Shown here: positions 10,312 through 27,013 of the stretch, one piece after another
How positions within the stretch are numbered: the stretch's first letter is position 1
Layout: every line of letters begins with the position of its first letter
Assembly (NCBI GenBank): GCA_046290465.1
Contig: JBKAGP010000001.1
Coordinates: forward strand, 640,001-704,000
Source: Planctomycetota bacterium
Lineage (GTDB): Bacteria; Planctomycetota; UBA1135; UBA2386
Length of the DNA: 64,000 nucleotides
Direction of reading: 5' to 3'
Position numbers and translations under genes: made by a program
Notes under the pieces: model-generated
Told to the model about the DNA's origin: nothing
The model's input: only the letters and a program-made list of their open reading frames with translations
Database searches by the model: none

Positions 10312-12132
10312 CTACTGGAAGTCGACGCGCCAGTAGTTGCTCGGGTCGAACGGCGGGGCCGCCTGGCCGACGTCGACGACCATGCCCTGGAAGTAGTAGG
10401 TGCTGCCGAGCAGCGCAGCGCTCATCGGGCCGTAGGCGAACGAAGCCATGCCGTTCGCGTCGTGGCTGTAGAGCGTCGGGTCGAGCACGAAGTCGGCGAA
10501 GCCGTTGCCGATGTCGAGGCTGGTGATGCCGGGGAAGGCGCTCGGCACCAGCGACTGGCTGATGCCGATCAGCGCCAGGGCCGGGCCGATCACGACGCCG
10601 TGGTGCATGCGGAAGTGCAGCGTGCCCTGCGCTCCGACCTTGGGCTCGGCGTAGAGCACCGGCGTGGTCGGCAGCACGAAGTCGGTCGCGACCGCGTTGC
10701 TCTGGATGGCCGGGTTGTAGACCAGCAGGTTGCGCAGGCCGGCGGCGCCACCGGGCGCGGCGTGGATCTCGACGTGCTGGTTGTCGATGACGCGGAACCA
10801 GCCGTCGACGAAGTCGCTCTCGTCGCCCTTGCCAATCAGGTCGAAGTCGACCGCGGCCAGCTCGACCCAGGCGAGGTTGTCACCCTGCAGGATGACGCCC
10901 TGGTCGCTGACGGTCGGGTGCTGCGGCGGCTGCGCCGGCACGGTCAGGCTCGGGAACGGCAGCACCGGGAACACCGCGGTCAGGCCGAAGATCTCGACGT
11001 CGCCGGTCAGGCTGACGACGCGGTTGGTCGGCTGGTTGACGATGGTCGGTGCGAACGCACCGTAGAGGCCCATGTAGGTGTTGGTGTTGTTGGCGCCGCC
11101 GCCGACCTGCGCGGCGACGGTCTGGGTCAGGTCGATCTGGCCGCCGGCGTTGAGGCCGGTGCCGGTCAGCGTGCCCGAGACAGTGGTGTAGTAGTGCCAC
11201 GAGGCCGGATCCAGGGCGCCGCCGCCGCTGACGTAGGCGGTCGACAGCAGCTGCAGCACCGGGCTGCCGGCCGGCGGGTGGTTGACCTGACCGGGGTCGA
11301 CGCGGTTGTCGAACGTCAGCGCGACGTCCCACGCATCGCTCAGGTCGGCGACGCGGGCGAGCGTGCCGGTCAGCGTCGCCTGGCCGCTTTGGAACTCCTG
11401 GAAGTCGGCGGCCGGCACGAACACGTAGTCGTCGGCGAGCCCCGGCATGCTCATCGCGCGGCCCTCGACCAGCGTCGTCAGGCTCTGGTCGTAGACCTGC
11501 GGGTGGGTCGTGTCCTCGGCGTATTCGTTGACGAACTCGAGCGACAGGGTCGGGTCGCCGGTCAGCGTGATGGTGTTGAAGTTGGGGTTCGACAGCACGC
11601 TGCCGGTGAACCGCCCGAACAGGCCGAAGTTCGCGTTGTGGTTGTTGGCGCCCGAGCCGATCTGGACCGGCGCGTTGGCGGTCAGCGAGATCTTCGCGCC
11701 GGCGAGGTTGCGCACGCCGGTCAGCGTGCCAGTGGCGCCCGTGTAGTCGACGAACGTGTTGGTGTCGATGAAGCCGTTCGGCGCGTACTGCATCGGGTAG
11801 AGACCCTGGATCGGCGCGTTGGCGGGCGGGTAGCCGGGGTCGACCGGGATGATCCGTCCAGTCAGGTGCAGCTCGAGCAGCATCGCGACGTACAGGTTGC
11901 TCTGGCTGAACACGCGGCAGGTGTAGCGCGCGCTGCCGTCCGGTAGCTCGACCCACTGGCCGCCACCGGCGCGCACGAAGTCGGTGGCGAGGCCCGGCAC
12001 GTTGAGGAACGTGTCGGTGGCCGGGCTCATGGCGCCATTGACGGGCGCGTCGTCGGTCGTGCGATAGACCTGCGCGAGCAGCGCAGGCGAAGCGAGGGCG
12101 CAGAGTGCGAAGGTGGCGAGTCGGAGTTGCAT
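10312..12132 (-). CDS. Secreted hypothetical protein with an internally duplicated beta-rich domain
   Basis: Signal peptide MQLRLATFALCALASPALLAQ, two similar halves (QIGSGANNHN vs QVGGGANNTN) and strong coding-like codon bias. Confidence 0.8.
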   Translation of the reverse strand: MQLRLATFALCALASPALLAQVYRTTDDAPVNGAMSPATDTFLNVPGLATDFVRAGGGQWVELPDGSARYTCRVFSQSNLYVAMLLELHLTGRIIPVDPGYPPANAPIQGLYPMQYAPNGFIDTNTFVDYTGATGTLTGVRNLAGAKISLTANAPVQIGSGANNHNANFGLFGRFTGSVLSNPNFNTITLTGDPTLSLEFVNEYAEDTTHPQVYDQSLTTLVEGRAMSMPGLADDYVFVPAADFQEFQSGQATLTGTLARVADLSDAWDVALTFDNRVDPGQVNHPPAGSPVLQLLSTAYVSGGGALDPASWHYYTTVSGTLTGTGLNAGGQIDLTQTVAAQVGGGANNTNTYMGLYGAFAPTIVNQPTNRVVSLTGDVEIFGLTAVFPVLPFPSLTVPAQPPQHPTVSDQGVILQGDNLAWVELAAVDFDLIGKGDESDFVDGWFRVIDNQHVEIHAAPGGAAGLRNLLVYNPAIQSNAVATDFVLPTTPVLYAEPKVGAQGTLHFRMHHGVVIGPALALIGISQSLVPSAFPGITSLDIGNGFADFVLDPTLYSHDANGMASFAYGPMSAALLGSTYYFQGMVVDVGQAAPPFDPSNYWRVDFQ

Positions 12133-12377
12133 AGGATGAGGTCGCGCCGGGAACGAACGTGGAGGCCGTGATGTTGCAGCGGATCTCCCGGTCACCGAAG
12201 AAAATGCTCGGACGCAAGAACCCTAGCCCGACGCGCCGTGTGCGGCTGTCCGAATAAACCCTGAAATGGGCTGGGGAGTGCCCGCACGGCATCCAAGGTG
12301 CCGGTGGCACGGCGGTCTCGCGCCGCGGTCCCGGCGCGGTCTTTTCGCCGATTCGTTCGACCGCGCGACGGCCGCGA

Positions 12378-13520
12378 TCAGTCCTTGATGCGGACGTAGC
12401 GGACGTTCTGCATCGGGAAGCCACGCGGCTTGCCGTCGACCGCGATGACGACCCAGCCGTGCTCTCTCGGCAGGCTGCGCAGCAGCTCGCCGGTGTAGGT
12501 CTGCTCGCCGGCGTAGACGACGACCGTGGTGCCGACGGCCGGCGGCCAGGCGGGCGCGCTCGGTGCCGTGGCGGCGGCCTTCGGCCGTCGCGACAGCGGC
12601 AGCACCTGCGTGGCCGGGCCGCGCGCGAACGTCGCCTGCGGGTCGTCGTCGCCGTTCAGGTCGAGCACCACCGTGCACGGGAAGTGGTCGCTGAAGGTCT
12701 TGCGGAAGGCCGAGCGCTGCTCCTCGCCGTCGACAGCGTGTGCGACCAGCGAGTCCCGCCGGATCTCGGCGAAGCCGCGTCCGACCGCAAACTGGTCGAT
12801 CGGCGTGTCGAACCACAGGATGGTCGGGCTCGGTCGCTGCTGGTCGAGGTACTGCATCGCGCCGTCCTGCTCGAGGATCTGCTCGGGCGCGTCGCCGTAG
12901 GTGCAGTTGAAGTCGCCGAGGATGACGATGTCCGGGTCCTCGTCTGGGTCCCGCTGCAGACGGTCGACCCACTCGCGCAGCGTCTGCGCCTCGGCCCGGC
13001 GCTTCTGCTTGTCGCGGTCCTTGCGGCCGGCCTTCAGGTGCACGACGGCGATCCGGAAGTCGGCGCCGGTGCCGAAGTGGCGCAGGCACGCGGTCACCGG
13101 CTTGCGATGGAACACGTTGACGCCGTCGCGTTCGGACGGGAAGTCGAGCAGTTCTTCGCAGTGCAGCAGCTGCAGCTGGGCGCTGTTGTAGAGCAGGCCG
13201 ACGCCCTGCTGGGTCAAGCCGTCCGACCACTGGCCGGTGGTGCCGAGCACCGCGCGCCAGGTCGGGCCGATCGCCGCCGCCACCTTGTCGAGCGGTTGCT
13301 GGCCGCAGATCTCCTGCACGCCGAGCGCGCTGACGCCGAGCTCGCGGATGAACGCGCCGATCCTGGCGTAGTCCTCGTCGGTTCGCGGCGGGGTGTCGCG
13401 GCGGTACTTGGGGTCGGCGCCGAGGAACTCGAGGTTCCAGGTGCCGATCTTGAGCGGGACGGCCTCCTGCGCCGGGACGGCAGCGAGCAGGAGGGCGAGC
13501 AGGGACAGCAGTCGCAGCAT
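12378..13520 (-). CDS. Secreted endonuclease/exonuclease/phosphatase (EEP, DNase I-like) family protein
   Basis: Signal peptide and catalytic motifs GTWNLE, VQEI, VHLKA, ILGDFN, SDHFP. Confidence 0.88.
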   Translation of the reverse strand: MLRLLSLLALLLAAVPAQEAVPLKIGTWNLEFLGADPKYRRDTPPRTDEDYARIGAFIRELGVSALGVQEICGQQPLDKVAAAIGPTWRAVLGTTGQWSDGLTQQGVGLLYNSAQLQLLHCEELLDFPSERDGVNVFHRKPVTACLRHFGTGADFRIAVVHLKAGRKDRDKQKRRAEAQTLREWVDRLQRDPDEDPDIVILGDFNCTYGDAPEQILEQDGAMQYLDQQRPSPTILWFDTPIDQFAVGRGFAEIRRDSLVAHAVDGEEQRSAFRKTFSDHFPCTVVLDLNGDDDPQATFARGPATQVLPLSRRPKAAATAPSAPAWPPAVGTTVVVYAGEQTYTGELLRSLPREHGWVVIAVDGKPRGFPMQNVRYVRIKD

Positions 13521-13524
13521 GGGG

Positions 13525-17371
<3,847 letters not shown>

Positions 17372-17390
17372 GGCGCCGGCCGGTGCGGCG

Positions 17391-17419
17391 GGCATCCGCG
17401 CGCGGTGCGCGCGGATGCC
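17391..17419. terminator. Perfect 13-bp stem hairpin between convergent genes; putative bidirectional terminator
   Basis: ggcatccgcgcgc-ggt-gcgcgcggatgcc, with no U-tract. Confidence 0.55.
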
Positions 17420-17473
17420 GGGGGAGGTTGCCGGCCGAAGGTTGGAGGATGAACCAGGTACCGTACGGCAACT

Positions 17474-21139
<3,666 letters not shown>

Positions 21140-21536
21140 GCCAGTCCTCCTGAGACCGTGGGGCCGGTGACCAGACCGACCCGTTTCGTGACCTGTCCCC
21201 GTGCCTGCCGCGGGGAACTGCTCTTGCTGACCAAAGCGGCGCGTGGCCTGCCGAGACGTTCCGGACCTCGATGCATGGGCCCCGCGATCGGCGAGGCATG
21301 CATGCCTCACCCGGTGCGGGATCAAGGGACGGGCGCCATGGTCGGGGCCTTGGAGGAGGCCGGGACCACCGGACGGGAAACCACTGCGCTGCGAGAGAAC
21401 GATCCCGGCTCGTGACCAACGAACCGGACCCCACAGGCAACCCGTTTCGCCGGGTCCGGGTTGCGCCCCATGCGCGCCTGGTTCTGCGCAGTGGGGGCCA
21501 ACGACCGGGGACGAAAGCGGCTTACGCCGTAGGGAG

Positions 21537-21584
21537 CCACTATCTATTGGGTGTGCCGGTCAGCTGCAACCCACTAGCTAGTGA
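21537..21584. promoter_or_regulatory. Tandem NrdR boxes upstream of nrdJ
   Basis: ccactatctattgggt (21537-21552) matches 13/16 positions of acaCwAtATaTwGtgt. The weaker acccactagctagtga (21569-21584) starts 32 bp later. Both lie in a relatively AT-rich patch. Confidence 0.75.
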
Positions 21585-21664
21585 AAACCGCCATGTCGGG
21601 GGTGAGCTGGGAGAGGCGGGCGGAATGCTTCGGTTTCGCAAAGAAGCGTGCCGCAGCAGCGAAA

Positions 21665-22273
21665 TCACGGGGCCTTGCGGGGCTCCGGAAGCAGGCAGCC
21701 GACCGCCTTCGGGTGCGGTCCCGGAACGGATCTGCCGTCGAGCGCCCGGGCTACGGCGTCGGCCAGGTCGTGCTGGCTGGCCGCCGGCGCGCGGCTGCCG
21801 AGCTTGCGCCACTGGTCGTCGATGCGACCACGGTACAGCTGGCCCCGCGCGGTGACGACGACGGCCTCCGGCGTGATGGTCGCGCCGCAGGCCGCCGCGA
21901 GCTGCTGGCCGGGGTCCATCAGGATCGTGCCCGGCAGTTCGTAGTCGGCGGCGTGTTCGCGCGCCTGCGCCGGCGTCAGGTCTGGATCGCAGTGCACCAG
22001 GAACAGCCGCACCCGCGGCCGTTGCTGCCAGGCGGCGGCGAGCCGGCCGAGCGTCGGCGCGTAGCCGTTGGCGATCGGGCACTCGTGGCTGGTGAAGATC
22101 AGCACGTGCACGGCGTCGGGCGGCAGCTGCAGCGGCGCGTGCGTGCGGCCGTCGAGGTCCTGCAGGTCGATCGCGCGCTCGGTGCTGGCACAGCCGCCGA
22201 GCAGCAGCGGCATCCCTGCAACGAGCAGGGCCTTGGCGATCCTGGCGTTCGCGAGCTGGCGAGAACGTCTCAT
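21665..22273 (-). CDS. Thioredoxin-like/redoxin lipoprotein
   Basis: LLLGGC lipobox, DLDG, TSHECPIANGY, GATITPEA, YRGRIDDQ, AVGC, and ATGA overlap with the upstream gene. Confidence 0.85.
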   Translation of the reverse strand: MRRSRQLANARIAKALLVAGMPLLLGGCASTERAIDLQDLDGRTHAPLQLPPDAVHVLIFTSHECPIANGYAPTLGRLAAAWQQRPRVRLFLVHCDPDLTPAQAREHAADYELPGTILMDPGQQLAAACGATITPEAVVVTARGQLYRGRIDDQWRKLGSRAPAASQHDLADAVARALDGRSVPGPHPKAVGCLLPEPRKAP

Positions 22274-23733
22274 CGGCGCAACCCGGCCAGGGCTCTGGCC
22301 TCGTCCAGGGTCAGCTGGCCGTCGCCGTCGCGGTCGAGCCGCGCGAAGAAGCGACGCAGCGTGCGCGGGACCTCCTGCTTGCTCAGCGTGCCGTTGCCGT
22401 CCCGGTCGAGCGCGTCGAATCGGCTCTCGACCTTTTGCGCAACGCGGCTCTGGGCACCTCGCCGCGGCTGCTCGCGCACGGCGCGCTGCAGGGTCGCGAG
22501 GTCTGCTTCGTCGGCGGGCGTCACCAGCAGCGTGATGCTGCCCATCTCGTCGGTCGTCTCGCGACCCCAGCGCACGCGCTTGGGCGGCAGGTTGGGATTG
22601 TCCGGGTTCTGCGCGCTGTTGTCGTAGTGGAGTTCGCTGTGCACGACGGCGCCCTTGGGCAGCCGGACCTGCTCGGCGAACGTGTAGCGGCTCTGCCAGT
22701 CGAAGTCCCAGTCCTCGATGTGCAGCAGCGGCACCTCGCGGCCGTCGGGCAGCACCGCGTGCATCTTCATCGACGAGCAGAGCATGTGCGCGTGGCCGCC
22801 GACGGTCACGGCGTCGACGTCGCACGGCAGCTCGAAGTGGTCCTTCAACACCCAGTCGGCGTCGTTCGCCGGGATGTCGATGCCCGCCAGAAAGCCGAAG
22901 AACGCCGGCAGCTGTATGGACACCAGCGACCGCTCGGGCGGCTCTGCGGCGAAGTAGAGGCCGATCGTGGTCTGCTCCTCGGTGGCCTTGCCGCTCGGGT
23001 GCAGGTGGCTCTGCAGCGTCAGGTCGCTGCCCTTGGGGATGCGGATCGCCAGGCCTTGCGGCAGGTGCTCGGGCTGGCCGCCGACGGCCCAGCCGGCCAC
23101 CATCGGCGCGCGCCGGTTGCGTCGGCCGCGGTAGCCGGGCTTGCCGTCGCGGCCTTCGGCGCGACGGCCGGCGCGGTCCTGGTCGACGAACAGCAGGACG
23201 TGGTGCAGCACCTCCCGGTCCCCGGGACGCACCTCGATCGCCGTCAGCCACTTGTCCTCGGGCAGGTCGAGCTGCAGCGAGAAGTTCCGGTAGATGTCGC
23301 GGCCGCCGGCCGGCACGGGGAACGGCGCCGAGGTCTTCACGACCAGGTCCGGTTCGCCGAGCTGCCAGCCGGCGGGGAAGTCGGGCAGCGGCGGCAGCTT
23401 CGCAGCGGGGCCCTCCGGCCTGCCGGCCTCGACCCAGGCGCGGAAGGTCGCGATCTGCTGGTCCGACAGGCGCTGCTCGTTGCGGAACCGGCCGTAGCCC
23501 TCCTTGGGGTGCCACGGCGGCATCAGCCGATCCTCCATCACCGCCAGCAGGTTCGCCGCGCGCTTCTGCACGTCGCGGTAGGTCTGCAGCGGGAACGGCC
23601 CGGCCTCGTTCGGCCGGTGGCACCGCGTGCAGTGCGCGAACACCAGCGGCGCGATGTCCTCGGTGAACGTCGGCGCCTGCTCCTGCGCCAGGGCGCAGGG
23701 GGACGCGAGCAGCACGGCGAGCAGGGAACGCAT
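22270..23733 (-). CDS. Cytochrome c + copper type II ascorbate-dependent monooxygenase-like + EF-hand protein
   Basis: Signal peptide, CTRCH, MPPW, VLHHVL, HAHML, WDFDWQ, TTDEM, and two DxDGxG EF-hands. Confidence 0.85.
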   Translation of the reverse strand: MRSLLAVLLASPCALAQEQAPTFTEDIAPLVFAHCTRCHRPNEAGPFPLQTYRDVQKRAANLLAVMEDRLMPPWHPKEGYGRFRNEQRLSDQQIATFRAWVEAGRPEGPAAKLPPLPDFPAGWQLGEPDLVVKTSAPFPVPAGGRDIYRNFSLQLDLPEDKWLTAIEVRPGDREVLHHVLLFVDQDRAGRRAEGRDGKPGYRGRRNRRAPMVAGWAVGGQPEHLPQGLAIRIPKGSDLTLQSHLHPSGKATEEQTTIGLYFAAEPPERSLVSIQLPAFFGFLAGIDIPANDADWVLKDHFELPCDVDAVTVGGHAHMLCSSMKMHAVLPDGREVPLLHIEDWDFDWQSRYTFAEQVRLPKGAVVHSELHYDNSAQNPDNPNLPPKRVRWGRETTDEMGSITLLVTPADEADLATLQRAVREQPRRGAQSRVAQKVESRFDALDRDGNGTLSKQEVPRTLRRFFARLDRDGDGQLTLDEARALAGLRR

Positions 23734-23788
23734 GCTCGGGATTGTCGCCTCGCGGTGCGCGCGGGGACAGTCCGCCCGCGCCGTTCGT

Positions 23789-23843
23789 GGCGCGGGCCGG
23801 GCGCGGGCCTGGCGCGGTCCTGGCGTGGGCCGGGCGTGGGCCG
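23789..23843. repeat. Five tandem 11-bp G-rich units (ggcgYggKccK)
   Basis: ggcgcgggccg ggcgcgggcct ggcgcggtcct ggcgtgggccg ggcgtgggccg, intergenic. Confidence 0.8.
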
Positions 23844-23861
23844 GGGCCGCTGGCGCGACGG

Positions 23862-26210
23862 CTACTTGCCGTCGTTGGCCTTGGCGGTCTTCTTGTCGTC
23901 GAACGAGATCTTCAGCACGTTCTTGAGCGCCGCGATGTCGCGGATGTCGGCGCCACGCTCCTTCATCAGCACGCGGATCGCCTCCTGCAGCTGGGCGTCC
24001 TCCTGGGCGTCGCCGAGCGCCCGGTTGCCCGGGTAGACGGCGCCGCGCAGGTCGCTGACCTGGTCGCGCACCTCGTAGCGCAGCCAGCGGCGCACGTCGT
24101 CCTTGCTGAGCTTGGTGTCGAGGCTCTCGTAGAACGCGTCGAACTCGGGGTAGCGCTGCGGATCGCCGTCGTCGCCCTCGGCCAGCTGGCGGAACAGCGC
24201 CTCGTCCTTCTGGATGTGCTCGCGCACGTATTCGCGGATCGACCCCTTCTTCAGGATCGCGAACACCGCGCTGTTCTTCCACGCGTCCTCGGGCTTGTTC
24301 TCGAGCAGCTCGAGCTCGACGTCCGGCTTGACGCCCCAGTTGGGATCGACGATGCGGCCTTCCTTGTCGTACTCGCGGTGCGGGCAGCGGCCCGACGGCA
24401 GGTAGTACTTGGCGACCGTCAGCTTGATGTGCGCGCCCGGGTCGTACTTGTTGTTGCCGTTCTTGTCGGTGTAGGGCTCGCCCTCCTGCCAGGTGCGGTC
24501 GCCGTTGAGGTCCTCGAACGGCTCCTCGGGGCTGGTGTTGAGCGGGAACAGGTTCTGCACGCTGCCCTTGCCGAACGAGCGCTTGCCGATGATGGTCGCG
24601 CGGCCGAGGTCCTGGAACGCGCCGGCGGTGATCTCGCTGGCCGAGGCCGACAGGCGGTTGGTCAGCACCGCGAGCGGCAGCTCGCAGACCTTGCGGCGGC
24701 GGCGGTCCGAGGTCGAGTAGGAGCGGCGCGGCTCGTTGGGGCCCTCGGTGTAGACGACCAGCTCGCGGCCCTTGACGAACTGCTCGACGACGTCGCGCGC
24801 CTGCGTCAGGAAGCCGCCGGTGTTGTTGCGCACGTCGAGCACGATGCCCTTGGCGCCCTTGTCGGTCAGGTCGGCGAGCGCGACCTGCAGCTCGGCCGAG
24901 ATGTTGGCGCTGAAGTTGATCAGCTCGATGTAGCCGATCTCGCCGGGCACCATCGTCCAGTTGACGGCCGGCACCGAGATCTGGCGGCGGGTGATGGTGA
25001 TCTCCTGCGCCTCCTGGAAGCCGAGCCGGAAGAACTTCAGGACCACCTGCGACTCCGGGCGGCCCTTGAGCTTCTTGATGATCTCCTCGGTGGTGTGCCC
25101 GCCGGTCTCCCAGCCGTCGACCTCGAGGATCTTGTCGCCGCTGCGCAGGCCGGCCTCGTAGGCCGGGCCCGAGTAGATCGGGCGCACGATCGAGAAGTCG
25201 CCGTCCTGGTCGAAGTTGACGAACGCGCCGATGCCGCCGTACTCGCGGTTGAGGTCGAAGTAGAACTTCTGGAACTCCTGCGAGGTGAAGAACGTGCTGT
25301 GCGGGTCGAGGCCCTGCAGCATGCCCTTGGCCGCGTATTCGACCATCTCGTCGTCGGTGACGTCCGAGCCGTTGATGTGCTGGATGCGGATCCGGTGGCG
25401 CAGCTCGTCGAGCACCGCGTAGTCGTCGCTGCCGGCGTTCTGCTCGGGGCCCTTGCGCTTCAGCAGCTCGGTCAGCGCGCGGTCGAACTCGCGGCGCTGC
25501 TCCTCGCGCTGGATGTAGAGGTTGGCGCGGCGGCCGAAGTCGGTCGGCTGGTCGCGGATCTCGCGCAGGATCTGCCAGGCGCGGCCGCCCTCGGTGTTGA
25601 TCTCGGCGAGCGCCAGCGCGCCGCGCTGCTGCAGCTCGCGATCGCTCGACTGCAGGAACTGCTCGAGCACGGTCTTGGCGACGCCGCGCTGGGTGTTGGT
25701 GCCGATGCTCCACAGCGCCAGGCTCGCCTCGATGCGGACCAGCGGCGCGACGAGTTCGTTCTCGCAGGCGGCCTTGACCAGGTCGCGGACGTCGGGCAGC
25801 ACGCGGGCGTTGAACAGCCGTTCGCGGCCGAGCAGCGACATCGCGACGGCGCGCGGCGCGTCGGAGCCGTCCTTGGCGACCGGCTCGAGCAGCTCGTGGA
25901 TGCTCTTGCCGAAGGTGGTGTCCTCCTTGAGGTCGGCGAGCGCGAGCGCGGCGCACAGGCGCTGCTTCTCGCTGTTGCTCTTGCCGGCCGTGTCCAGGAT
26001 CGCGGTCAGGTAGCCGTCGAGGTTGCGCTCGGGCGCGAGGTCGGCCAGCTCGATCGACAGCGGGTAGAGGGCCGGGACTTCGACGGCGTCGCTCTGCTGC
26101 AGCACGGCCGCGACCTGCTGGCGCAGCTCCTGTGCGGTGCCGGCGCTGCCGAGCGCCAGCAGGAAGAGGGGGGCGAGAACGACGGACAGCGTCGGATGGG
26201 CGTTTCGCAT
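23862..26210 (-). CDS. S41A carboxy-terminal processing protease with N-terminal HEAT-like helical region and PDZ domain
   Basis: Signal peptide, LDPHS, GGIG, AGLRSGDKILEVDG (PDZ), LDVRNNTGG, SASASEI, SFGKGSVQ, LTVAKYYLPSG. Confidence 0.9.
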   Translation of the reverse strand: MRNAHPTLSVVLAPLFLLALGSAGTAQELRQQVAAVLQQSDAVEVPALYPLSIELADLAPERNLDGYLTAILDTAGKSNSEKQRLCAALALADLKEDTTFGKSIHELLEPVAKDGSDAPRAVAMSLLGRERLFNARVLPDVRDLVKAACENELVAPLVRIEASLALWSIGTNTQRGVAKTVLEQFLQSSDRELQQRGALALAEINTEGGRAWQILREIRDQPTDFGRRANLYIQREEQRREFDRALTELLKRKGPEQNAGSDDYAVLDELRHRIRIQHINGSDVTDDEMVEYAAKGMLQGLDPHSTFFTSQEFQKFYFDLNREYGGIGAFVNFDQDGDFSIVRPIYSGPAYEAGLRSGDKILEVDGWETGGHTTEEIIKKLKGRPESQVVLKFFRLGFQEAQEITITRRQISVPAVNWTMVPGEIGYIELINFSANISAELQVALADLTDKGAKGIVLDVRNNTGGFLTQARDVVEQFVKGRELVVYTEGPNEPRRSYSTSDRRRRKVCELPLAVLTNRLSASASEITAGAFQDLGRATIIGKRSFGKGSVQNLFPLNTSPEEPFEDLNGDRTWQEGEPYTDKNGNNKYDPGAHIKLTVAKYYLPSGRCPHREYDKEGRIVDPNWGVKPDVELELLENKPEDAWKNSAVFAILKKGSIREYVREHIQKDEALFRQLAEGDDGDPQRYPEFDAFYESLDTKLSKDDVRRWLRYEVRDQVSDLRGAVYPGNRALGDAQEDAQLQEAIRVLMKERGADIRDIAALKNVLKISFDDKKTAKANDGK

Positions 26211-26476
26211 ATGTGCTTCTGCTTCCGGTTGGTGCGGCCCCGGTCCTTGGGAACGGAGCCAGCTAGCTGGATCGGCGTTCGCCGTCACCGGAGGCAACGG
26301 AAAACGAGCCGTCGAGAACCGCAACAGGGGCACGTGCAGGTCTCGGAGCTGGACCGATTCGCTGGCAAGGTGCCCGACGAGGCACGCCGGGCAGCATTTC
26401 TATACGTGGCGGCGGGCGAGTTGCCGAACGGATTTCGGTTCGCCAGCGCGACGCTTACGGGCGTAGGCTCTGGGGC

Positions 26477-27013
26477 GTGAGCACGAAAGAGCCCGATCCC
26501 TCAACTGCCGCGTCGGAAGCAGGCGGACTTACCCACGTCGACGGCCGCGGACAGGCCAACATGGTCGATGTCGGCAGCAAGCCCGCGACCCAGCGGCGCG
26601 CCGTCGCCGAGGCGCGGATCCGTCTGGACCGGGAGACCTGCGAACTGCTGTTCGCCGGCCGGCTGCCGAAGGGCGAGGCACTGGCCGTCGCGCGCGTCGC
26701 CGGCATCCAGGCCGCCAAGGAGACCTCGCGGCTGATCCCGCTGTGCCACTCGCTGGCGCTGAGCCACGCCGGCGTCACGTTCGAACCGTCGGGCGCCGAC
26801 GGGGTGCGGATCGTCGCCGAGGCGGCGACGGTCGCCGGCACCGGGGTCGAGATGGAGGCGATGGCGGCGGCGAGCGTCGCGGCGCTGACCGTCTACGACA
26901 TGACCAAGGCGCGCTGCCGCGCGGCAGTGATCGAGACCGTGCGGTTGCTGCATAAGAGCGGTGGCAAGTCCGGCACGTTCGACCGGAACCCCGCGGCGGA
27001 GGGCCAGCCATGA
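26477..27013 (+). CDS. moaC: Cyclic pyranopterin monophosphate synthase MoaC
   Basis: LTH..G.ANMVDV..K, LIPLCH, TGVEMEA, YDMTK, KSGGKSG. Confidence 0.95.
   Translation: MSTKEPDPSTAASEAGGLTHVDGRGQANMVDVGSKPATQRRAVAEARIRLDRETCELLFAGRLPKGEALAVARVAGIQAAKETSRLIPLCHSLALSHAGVTFEPSGADGVRIVAEAATVAGTGVEMEAMAAASVAALTVYDMTKARCRAAVIETVRLLHKSGGKSGTFDRNPAAEGQP

Noticed and set aside
21140..21530. Cobalamin riboswitch upstream of nrdJ (also sought in 45194-45815)
   Set aside because: I could not find the conserved GGGAA...GCCCCCGC.ACTGT / GCCACTG / AGYCAG.AGACC elements in order on the appropriate strand.
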